Shown here piece after piece: positions 18,135-24,131 of a stretch of DNA of 24,131 nucleotides. Numbering within the stretch: position 1 is the first letter of the stretch; the number at the start of each line of letters is the position of its first letter. Made by a program: the position numbers and the translations under genes. Source of the DNA: a virus (taxonomy: Duplodnaviria; Heunggongvirae; Uroviricota; Caudoviricetes); IMG/VR virus record IMGVR_UViG_2667528074_000002, positions 1-24,131 of that record. One strand, 5' to 3'. The notes beneath the pieces were generated by a model that was not told the DNA's origin, did no database searches, and was given only the letters and a program-made list of their open reading frames with translations.

Positions 18135-19584
18135 TACCACCTCCTTTATCGCTGGCCGGATCGGTATCAAACACCAGATCCAGCCTGCGGTTTTCATCAA
18201 TTTCGGCCTTGCGCCGACGTTTGACATCATCCGGATTACGACCACTGGCGCGTACCCAGTCTGATTCTGTCGCCGCACCACCTCGGATCTGGATTCTCCA
18301 GGCTTCAGCTTCCTTGACAGGATCGATCCACGGCATCACCGGACCAGAATATGTTGCGTTATATAACGTTTTCATATCGACATCCGGCGGGATTTTCAGC
18401 AACCCAGCGGCAACCACCATATTCAGCCATGCCCGGTACACCGGACGGGTTACAGCACCAATAAAACAGTCCTGCATGATCAGATAACCATCGGTGGACT
18501 CGACCAGTTCCTGTCGCTGGGCGCTGTAGGTACCGTTATAGTTACGTGCTGCACTGGAAAAACTCAGACGTGTGCCCGCCGCCACGGCCCGCAACTGACC
18601 ATTACGAAAAGTTTCCAGGTTAGGGTTAGGCCGATCGGATTTGACCATGCCAATATCTTCCCCCTTGCGCAGATCGTCATAAATAATGCCGGGAGTGATA
18701 TGCAGTTCCCGGTCATTATCTTTATTTGTCACAACGTCTTCATAATCCTGTCCGTCTCCTTTACGGATATACAGCCCCAGAGCCGCAGCAATACGCGCCG
18801 CTGTCAGTTCAGCATCTTCATATTCCTTAAGCGCACTGATCCGCATCAACACACCTGACAACATGGATGTACCACGCGTCTGATGCAGCCGGCGGGTAAA
18901 CTTCAGATGCACCATATTTTCAGCGGCGATCTCTTTGGTATCACTCTGTCGGCCGGTAACCGGATAATTTTTATAAACCAGGTATTTTTTCGGCCTGCCC
19001 CACTCATCCAGAAAAACCCCCTGATTCATTCCCGCGGACTCATCACTGAGCATGGGCACAAAATCCGGCTCTATTGCCTCGAGCCAGAAAGGCACGCCGG
19101 CAGTCCGGACCAGCCCGGCACCTGCGCCTCTGACCATCTGGGCAAACACTTCACCATCACGTAACCAGGTACGCAGCAGCAGACGCTCGAGCATGGGGCG
19201 CGTATACTGCCCGGTCACATCCGGACTGACAGACCATTCCGACCACAAACGACGGATAATCATTGCCACTTCTGTGGCCATATCACCGTTTTTCAGTAAT
19301 GGCTGGGGTTCAACAATGATCCCTTTTGCACCAATCACCCGCTCCTCAAGTTTGTCGAAAGCACCGATTACCAGGTCATGATTGATATCCAGAAAACGGG
19401 CCTGCTCCCGCAGGGAAACCGCCCCATACTTACTGAGCTGGTCAGCAGAACGGTTTTCCCGTCGGGCTTTGTGTGTGCGGGTGGGTTTTACGGCCTCATA
19501 AGCGCGAATTAACGCTCTTGAGCGCAATCTCGCCGCCTTCCAGCCTGGTGAAAAAACACCAATCACATCATCCAGAATTGCCAT
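18079..19584 (-). CDS. Portal protein
   Basis: 501 aa ORF between the gpW-like gene and the protease-capsid gene; start overlaps the W-like stop; acidic C-terminus. Assignment rests on size and conserved gene order, not on a recognised motif. Confidence 0.75.
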   Translation of the reverse strand: MAILDDVIGVFSPGWKAARLRSRALIRAYEAVKPTRTHKARRENRSADQLSKYGAVSLREQARFLDINHDLVIGAFDKLEERVIGAKGIIVEPQPLLKNGDMATEVAMIIRRLWSEWSVSPDVTGQYTRPMLERLLLRTWLRDGEVFAQMVRGAGAGLVRTAGVPFWLEAIEPDFVPMLSDESAGMNQGVFLDEWGRPKKYLVYKNYPVTGRQSDTKEIAAENMVHLKFTRRLHQTRGTSMLSGVLMRISALKEYEDAELTAARIAAALGLYIRKGDGQDYEDVVTNKDNDRELHITPGIIYDDLRKGEDIGMVKSDRPNPNLETFRNGQLRAVAAGTRLSFSSAARNYNGTYSAQRQELVESTDGYLIMQDCFIGAVTRPVYRAWLNMVVAAGLLKIPPDVDMKTLYNATYSGPVMPWIDPVKEAEAWRIQIRGGAATESDWVRASGRNPDDVKRRRKAEIDENRRLDLVFDTDPASDKGGGNAETERVVSRRTEGQPEE

Positions 19585-19802
19585 CAGAACCTCGCCAGTT
19601 TATACCCAGGATCCCCCCGCCGCCGCGCAGTCAGGGCAGCAAGCCGCCGCTCCCACTCCTGGCGGCCCTGTCGGATCTCGGACAAATTTTCCATGGTCAT
19701 CTGCTGACCATTAAAGGTGACGGATTTACCGTCCAGCACAGCCATTTCCGCATCGATATAACGCTGAATCACGGCTTCAATATCATTCTGATTCATAACC
19801 AT
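19584..19802 (-). CDS. gpW-like head-tail connector / head completion protein
   Basis: 72 aa between the terminase large subunit and portal, as lambda W is between A and B; C-terminal ...RRLAALTARRRGDPG resembles the lambda W C-terminus (...TQRRRGPAGF). Confidence 0.6.
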   Translation of the reverse strand: MVMNQNDIEAVIQRYIDAEMAVLDGKSVTFNGQQMTMENLSEIRQGRQEWERRLAALTARRRGDPGYKLARF

Positions 19803-21907
19803 CCTCCGGAAGTCACCCAGGGGTTGTCCTCATCGGGTGCCATTTTTTTTCGTTTCCTTTTTCTGACAGGCGGAAGTGCCGGCTCCGGCAGAACAGGTAG
19901 CTCCACGTTGTCACTGACGCACTCCAGCCAGGTTTCCCGGCACGCCCACTCCGGCGCATCAGGCCACTGAATTTTCTCGTACCCATGCAGAATGACCAGC
20001 GCCTCGGCATACACCATCAGGTCAAAGGCTTCGTTGGCGCCGCGCCCCGGCTTACTCCATTTCCCGTCACTGCTCCGCTCTTCATACGTCAGTTCGTCGT
20101 AAAACCAGCCCCCCAGCCAGTCAGGGAAATGCACATACCCCGGCCCCGGGGAGTCACGCCATAACGCATTATTCACCCGGTCTTTCAGGGCATCAGTCTG
20201 AAGAAGCCAGAGAGGAACATCACCCGAAGCCTGCGCCCGTCGCCCCGTTCGTCCGGTGTTATCCGGAAATGTACGGGTGATCAGTTTTGCGCGACGTATG
20301 CTGTCGCCCTTAAACAGATAAATACGCTTTCCAAGACCATCAAGACGGCAGCGACGCCAGAATTTATAGGCATTATCTGTCACCCCGTCTTCACCGCCGG
20401 AGTCCACCGCCATTGCCATTACCCGCATGCGCTGAGAAGGGGCGGAGGCCAGCGGCCAGCTTTTATAAAAAACATCCGTCAGCAGAACATCCCAGTCCTC
20501 CGGATAACCGGCAGGGTCAATACGCAGACTTTCTCCGTTATTGTCACAACGCAGCGACTGCGTGATGTTGTAACGATCAACTATCCATCGCTCGCCGCGA
20601 CTACCATAGCCTGTTACCTGAACCACAAAACGGCGATGACGCCCTGCCTGCACATCCACTGTCGCCGCAAGGAAATTAACGCCATCCGGTACACTGCGGT
20701 GAGGAACGGGCTCTGCCCGCTGCTCAAGCAGTTCACTTTTACGCTGTTCCGCCGCTGAACGGGGCAGATAGGGGCGTCCGATATCGGTATTCACCACCGC
20801 CTTCAGGGTCTCTTCACTTCCGGTTCGCTCATACTCTTCTTCTGCCGCCAGCAGCTTAAAAATCAGTTGTTCCCAGGTCTGAAACGCAGCAGCCGGCCCC
20901 TCCATCCAGAATGACGCAATCCTGGAATTTCGTGGTGTTCCGACGATACTGCCGTCCGCCGCGACCCGTTCACCTTCCCGAAGCCAGATCCCCTTGTTAT
21001 TCAGTTCGCGTTTCTGCTCCGGAGCAATCAGCCCGCGACAGTGCGGACACATCAGACGTGCAGCCTGTCCGGCCGCCACAAAATCGGGGTTATTCCGGTA
21101 ACCGGTCATGTTATCCATTACCGGCTGAAAATATTCCCCACAGTGCGGACACGGCCAGTACCAGCGACGGCGATCGCCACGGTTATAAAGGGACAGGATC
21201 CCCGTGGTTGGCGGTGCCTCATGTGCGCCACCACAGCGCCATTTGGTGTCGGTGATATCCCGCCCGGGCGAACTCTCAACCAGCGTCATCCCGGAAGACA
21301 TAAAGGTGGTGGTGCGTTTTGATGCCAGCGTGAAGGCATCCCCTTCACCGTCAACGTTCTCAGGGAAACGGTCATAATCCGTCAGCGCCACACGGCGGTA
21401 ATCCGAGGAAGAGAAAACAGTGATTGACGGCCAGCCAATCTTCAGGAAAGAGCCGTCAAGAAACATTTTATCGTGGACGTTGTTGTCATTGCGGGAAGGA
21501 CTCAGGCGTTTACTAACCTCCGGGCTGTGACGAAACGTCCTGGAAAGACGCGTTCTGGAATGCTCACGCGCCTTGGTTTCGGTCATCTGTACCACCAGCA
21601 TATCAGCCGGATCGCAGATAACACCGTACACAATCCAGCCGTCAATCAGCCCCTCTGTTTTCCCTGTTCGGGCAGGACCAACAAACACTACGGCATCATA
21701 TTCACGGGCAGATAATGTATTTATAGGGTCAATCATGTAGGGTGTCAGCGATGACTCCCACGGACCAGAAGTATTGGCTCCCCGTGGTACCCGCATATAA
21801 CGCCTGATGGCTTCCGCTACTGGCAGCCGGCTGGGTGGGCGAAACAGCGAGGCCACCTCGCGCCAGATATCGGATGCGCGGCTATGGCTCTCGTTCACCT
21901 GATTCAC
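19793..21907 (-). CDS. Terminase large subunit (GpA-like)
   Basis: 704 aa; P-loop VVFVGPARTGKTEGL near the N-terminus; size and position (after the small subunit, before W-like and portal) fit a lambda-type terminase ATPase/nuclease; start overlaps the small-subunit stop. Confidence 0.85.
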   Translation of the reverse strand: MNQVNESHSRASDIWREVASLFRPPSRLPVAEAIRRYMRVPRGANTSGPWESSLTPYMIDPINTLSAREYDAVVFVGPARTGKTEGLIDGWIVYGVICDPADMLVVQMTETKAREHSRTRLSRTFRHSPEVSKRLSPSRNDNNVHDKMFLDGSFLKIGWPSITVFSSSDYRRVALTDYDRFPENVDGEGDAFTLASKRTTTFMSSGMTLVESSPGRDITDTKWRCGGAHEAPPTTGILSLYNRGDRRRWYWPCPHCGEYFQPVMDNMTGYRNNPDFVAAGQAARLMCPHCRGLIAPEQKRELNNKGIWLREGERVAADGSIVGTPRNSRIASFWMEGPAAAFQTWEQLIFKLLAAEEEYERTGSEETLKAVVNTDIGRPYLPRSAAEQRKSELLEQRAEPVPHRSVPDGVNFLAATVDVQAGRHRRFVVQVTGYGSRGERWIVDRYNITQSLRCDNNGESLRIDPAGYPEDWDVLLTDVFYKSWPLASAPSQRMRVMAMAVDSGGEDGVTDNAYKFWRRCRLDGLGKRIYLFKGDSIRRAKLITRTFPDNTGRTGRRAQASGDVPLWLLQTDALKDRVNNALWRDSPGPGYVHFPDWLGGWFYDELTYEERSSDGKWSKPGRGANEAFDLMVYAEALVILHGYEKIQWPDAPEWACRETWLECVSDNVELPVLPEPALPPVRKRKRKKMAPDEDNPWVTSGGWL

Positions 21908-22380
21908 ATATCGGCCTCATCACAACAGCCAATGACTGCTTTTTCCAGCGTATCGCGGATCTCATCAACCACAATCTGCACTTCATTCAGTTGTGATGCG
22001 GTCCACCCTCTGTCCCTTTCCAGCCTGTCTGGCCAGGTTTCCAATACCTGAACTATCGCTTTCACCACGACGGAAAACGACCGTCTGACATCACTGGCCG
22101 GAATGAGTTGTGCCGTTTCCTGTTCGAACTTAAGACGCTCACGTTCAGACTGATACCAGGCTTTGCGCTCATGCGCGTCCATTTCGCCTTCTGCAACCGG
22201 CGGTGGTAATGCCAGAAATGCCGACACAATATCAACCACCCGATAAAGCTTGAGGTTGCTTTCATGCCCCCCTGCAACGGGTAGATTTTGCAGCCTTGCC
22301 GCAGCAGTCTGGCGATGTACACCTGACAGTGCCGCCAGTTGACTGATATTCAGCGTCAGATTTTTTAACTCTCGATCCAT
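21904..22380 (-). CDS. Terminase small subunit (Nu1-like, N-terminal HTH)
   Basis: 158 aa; N-terminal helix-turn-helix LNISQLAALSGVHRQTAAARL; RBS GGAG upstream; located ~186 bp downstream of the cosN-like sequence, the same spacing as lambda Nu1 from cosN. Confidence 0.8.
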   Translation of the reverse strand: MDRELKNLTLNISQLAALSGVHRQTAAARLQNLPVAGGHESNLKLYRVVDIVSAFLALPPPVAEGEMDAHERKAWYQSERERLKFEQETAQLIPASDVRRSFSVVVKAIVQVLETWPDRLERDRGWTASQLNEVQIVVDEIRDTLEKAVIGCCDEADM

Positions 22381-22483
22381 ACCCGCTCCAGAATGTTTTA
22401 AACATGCATCTTGCGAACAACTTTAGGCAAACGGTGTTAGTGATGAACAAAAAACAATCAAAATCGACACCATAAAAATAAAA

Positions 22484-22511
22484 CCACTGTAATATCAATC
22501 CATTACAGTAG
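22484..22511. promoter_or_regulatory. cosB-like inverted repeat with embedded IHF-consensus site
   Basis: CCACTGTAAT-(8 bp)-ATTACAGTAG, a 10 bp inverted repeat with 9/10 complementarity; the centre TATCAATCCATTA (22493..22505) fits the IHF consensus WATCAANNNNTTR. Lies between cosN and the small terminase gene. Confidence 0.45.
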
Positions 22512-22554
22512 CGGTGATGACGAATGAAATTTCAAAAACTAGCCTTTTTCCGCG

Positions 22555-22566
22555 CCGCTGCCGCCC
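22555..22566 (-). other. Putative cosN (cohesive-end site), lambda-like but divergent
   Basis: Minus strand ACGGGGCGGCAGCGGCGCGG against lambda ACGGGGCGGCGACCTCGCGG as I recall it: first 10 nt identical, next 5 differ, then CGCGG identical. Predicted 12-nt end GGGCGGCAGCGG versus lambda GGGCGGCGACCT. Confidence 0.55.
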
Positions 22567-22740
22567 CGTGGCAGGCCACCCCACCGGAAGGACCCGCACA
22601 AATGAGAGCGTTTATCATTAATATTTACAGATAAGATGACGTACATCATTGAAACGCCATTCAGCCATATACCGGCAGCATTCGTTGTTGCACTCCGTAA
22701 CCCTGCGACTAAGGTTGAAAGCATGGCCATCTTTTTGCCA

Positions 22741-22785
22741 CCGGCAAATCTTCAATGGATTTCCCCTGCCGGTTTTTTATTTTCG
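22741..22785 (+). terminator. Plus-strand hairpin plus T-tract element A
   Basis: CCGGCA...TGCCGG outer stem (6 bp) with an inner AATC/GATT stem, followed by TTTTTTATTTT on the plus strand. Confidence 0.4.
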
Positions 22786-22872
22786 TCGATGCATAACATT
22801 GCATTTACATCAATACCGTCTATTGTCATAAGTATGTTGTACCGATGCTCGGGTGATATTGGCGGTCTTCGC

Positions 22873-22916
22873 CAGCCGGTTCTGTGTAGCTGCTCCCTGT
22901 GACCGGTTTTTTATTT
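22873..22916 (+). terminator. Plus-strand hairpin plus T-tract element B (paralogous 3' end to element A)
   Basis: AGCCGGT...ACCGGTT stem with a large loop, followed by TTTTTTATTT; shares TCCC-TG-CCGGTTTTTTATTT with element A. Confidence 0.3.
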
Positions 22917-22961
22917 CTCACATTATCGCAGCCCCTCACTGAAGGGCTGCTGTAATGCCTG

Positions 22962-23069
22962 TTACTCACAAATCAAACGAACATGCTGACCACTCATTTC
23001 AATGCGTAAGTATTGTGGCTTGCCGTCAATCAACGCGGTGATTAACTTGTCACCTGTAGGTTTCCACAT
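22962..23069 (-). CDS. Small hypothetical protein (35 aa)
   Basis: ATG at 23069 preceded by GGAGAAAATT (strong SD, 6-nt spacer); MWKPTGDKLITALIDGKPQYLRIEMSGQHVRLICE; followed by a 7 bp hairpin at 22928..22950. Too short for the ORF track. Confidence 0.3.
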   Translation of the reverse strand: MWKPTGDKLITALIDGKPQYLRIEMSGQHVRLICE

Positions 23070-23242
23070 AATTTTCTCCTGTTTTAATGCCCCTTGCCGC
23101 CGGGCAGTTGATCAAAGTTCATCTTGATTCGACAAGATTTAGAATGAATAAGATAAAATTGGCACAAGCAGCAGAATTTCATGCTTTCTGGACGCTGGCG
23201 CACCCTTCATTTTTCAGCAAAATATTCTGCTCTTACAGGCGA

Positions 23243-23425
23243 TCAGTTCTGCATACACTGCCGAACACCGTCGACAATTTCACAGACCTGAGAAGCTGTA
23301 TCGAAAAGCTGGCGCGCCTTATCCAGGCTGACGCACCCCACCAATAAAAAAGGCACCAGTATCGCTACCAGTGCCCATTTCGCCGCCGTTCGCGGCATTC
23401 TGTGTGTCCAGTGTTTTCGGCTCAT
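23243..23425 (-). CDS. Small putative lipoprotein (about 60 aa precursor, about 30 aa mature)
   Basis: ATG at 23425 with RBS GGTGGTGGTGAC; N-terminal basic region MSRKHWTHRMPRTAAK, hydrophobic core WALVAILVPFLL and lipobox LVGC; mature peptide CVSLDKARQLFDTASQVCEIVDGVRQCMQN with Val at +2 and three Cys. Start codon sits 1 nt after the stop of the upstream small ORF (TGA-C-ATG). Confidence 0.5.
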   Translation of the reverse strand: MSRKHWTHRMPRTAAKWALVAILVPFLLVGCVSLDKARQLFDTASQVCEIVDGVRQCMQN

Positions 23426-23426
23426 G

Positions 23427-23564
23427 TCACCACCACCTGACCGCACTAACCAACTGTGCAATACCATACAAACACAAGCAAAACGCTCCAGCCTTGATTA
23501 ACCAGGCGGTAGCTACACTGATTTCGCTCGTCACCGGAGCTTTCAGTTCAGGGCCGTTTTTCAT
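23427..23564 (-). CDS. Small putative single-pass membrane protein (45 aa), translationally coupled to the lipoprotein gene
   Basis: ATG at 23564 with RBS GAGGT (6-nt spacer); MKNGPELKAPVTSEISVATAWLIKAGAFCLCLYGIAQLVSAVRWW with a C-terminal hydrophobic helix; its stop is 1 nt before the lipoprotein ATG. The longer 71 aa version in the track lacks an RBS. Confidence 0.35.
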   Translation of the reverse strand: MKNGPELKAPVTSEISVATAWLIKAGAFCLCLYGIAQLVSAVRWW

Positions 23565-23659
23565 TGTCAACCTCAGCAGTATTCTTTTATACTTTCCCAC
23601 GAGGATTTTTTCCGTATTCACTGAGCACAATTTCCTTTTCATCGCGTGATAACTAAAAA

Positions 23660-23700
23660 CCCCGGACTGTTCCAGCAGCCGGGGTTTTATTTTTTTATTT
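23660..23700. terminator. Bidirectional intrinsic terminator
   Basis: CCCCGG-(13 nt loop)-CCGGGG hairpin flanked by AAAAA on the 5' side and TTTTATTTTTTTATTT on the 3' side of the plus strand, so a U-tract follows the hairpin in both orientations; overlaps the stop of the 93 aa gene. Confidence 0.6.
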
Positions 23701-23976
23701 ACTGGTATGAGTGCGGCATCGGGCTATTTCATTCCGGGCCTTACTGTCACCGCGACAGATGCAACGCACCGTATCGCCGTTCAGTGTGGTAATGTAAGCC
23801 TCATCCTCTTTTTCTACCGGAATACATGGAATATCCCCGCCCCGGCAATACTCAATTTTTGCAGCAAGATGAGTGTCACGCGGATAGAACTCCAGACGAT
23901 ACATATCCCCCAGGACATGCACTTCCTCAACCTGACGGCCATCTTTAGTTACCGTTATTTTTTTCAGTGCGTACAT
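23695..23976 (-). CDS. Hypothetical Cys-rich small protein (93 aa)
   Basis: ATG at 23976 with strong RBS GGAGGTACGT; MYALKKITVTKDGRQVEEVHVLGDMYRLEFYPRDTHLAAKIEYCRGGDIPCIPVEKEDEAYITTLNGDTVRCICRGDSKARNEIARCRTHTSK contains five Cys arranged CxxxxxC...CxC...C, possibly metal binding; stop lies inside the terminator U-tract. Confidence 0.6.
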   Translation of the reverse strand: MYALKKITVTKDGRQVEEVHVLGDMYRLEFYPRDTHLAAKIEYCRGGDIPCIPVEKEDEAYITTLNGDTVRCICRGDSKARNEIARCRTHTSK

Positions 23977-24044
23977 ACGTACCTCCGTTCTTTCGTTTTT
24001 TTGAGTAATAAAAAAGGCCGCCGCAACGCCCTTTGCCAGTACGT

Positions 24045-24131
24045 TTACAAACCAACGCGCTCTTTCATCCAGCCATAGACAAACGACTCATTGGCCTCGC
24101 GTTTCTCTGCCAGCTCCAGATAACGCTCGCC
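24045..24131 (-). CDS. 3' end of an upstream gene (C-terminal 28 codons only)
   Basis: Only frame open to the window edge on the minus strand: ...GERYLELAEKREANESFVYGWMKERVGL then TAA at 24047..24045; protein-like composition; identity not recognisable from this fragment. Confidence 0.35.
   Translation of the reverse strand, partial: GERYLELAEKREANESFVYGWMKERVGL

Noticed and set aside
18135-18281. 49-codon N-terminal extension of the protease-capsid ORF
   Set aside because: No RBS at the upstream start, whereas the ATG at 18134 has a near-consensus AAGGAGGTGG; the extension overlaps the portal C-terminus in another frame.
22539-22730. 63 aa minus-strand ORF spanning the cos region
   Set aside because: Crosses the cosN sequence and the packaging recognition region; no RBS; likely chance ORF in non-coding DNA.
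22636-22902. 88 aa plus-strand ORF ending at hairpin element B
   Set aside because: No Shine-Dalgarno, contains hairpin/T-tract element A internally, and the product is low-complexity hydrophobic; a small RNA is a better explanation for these structures than a protein.
23087-23649. Plus-strand ORFs of 86 and 92 aa (23087..23347 and 23371..23649)
   Set aside because: Antisense to the minus-strand membrane-protein/lipoprotein pair, which has good RBSs, stop-start coupling and a canonical lipoprotein signal peptide; the plus ORFs lack RBSs and one starts at GTG.
24011-24040. GC-rich segment followed by a T-tract after the upstream gene's stop
   Set aside because: I could not build a convincing stem from GGGCGTTGCGGCGGCC, so I did not call a terminator despite the downstream T-run.
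1-24131. Search for tRNA, rRNA, CRISPR arrays, insertion sequences, integrase/attachment sites and recognisable defence-system genes
   Set aside because: No cloverleaf-like tRNA candidates, no direct-repeat/spacer arrays, no transposase- or integrase-like ORFs; essentially the whole window is accounted for by a contiguous phage late operon and a short accessory region.

Overview
This window is the late morphogenetic operon of a lambdoid temperate phage or prophage of an enterobacterial (E. coli-like) host, encoded entirely on the minus strand. Reading right to left: the 3' end of an upstream gene, a cluster of small accessory ORFs, a lambda-like cos site, terminase small and large subunits, a gpW-like protein, portal, a single-ORF ClpP-type protease/major-capsid fusion, a DUF2190-like protein, FII-like, Z, U, V, G/G-T (frameshift), H tape measure, M, L, K, I, J, lom, stf, tfa and the 5' end of a second stf-like tail-fibre gene that runs off the window. 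The tail, fibre and lom genes are lambda-type by my recollection of the lambda proteins; the portal and capsid module is not. I found no tRNA, rRNA, CRISPR array, transposase or integrase. Long plus-strand ORFs in the track are antisense artefacts of GC-rich, low-complexity coding sequence. The most noteworthy items are the protease-capsid fusion, the tandem tail-fibre genes, a translationally coupled small membrane protein/lipoprotein pair near cos, a divergent cosN, and several intrinsic terminators punctuating the operon. All family assignments are from reading the sequence and from memory, not from database searches.
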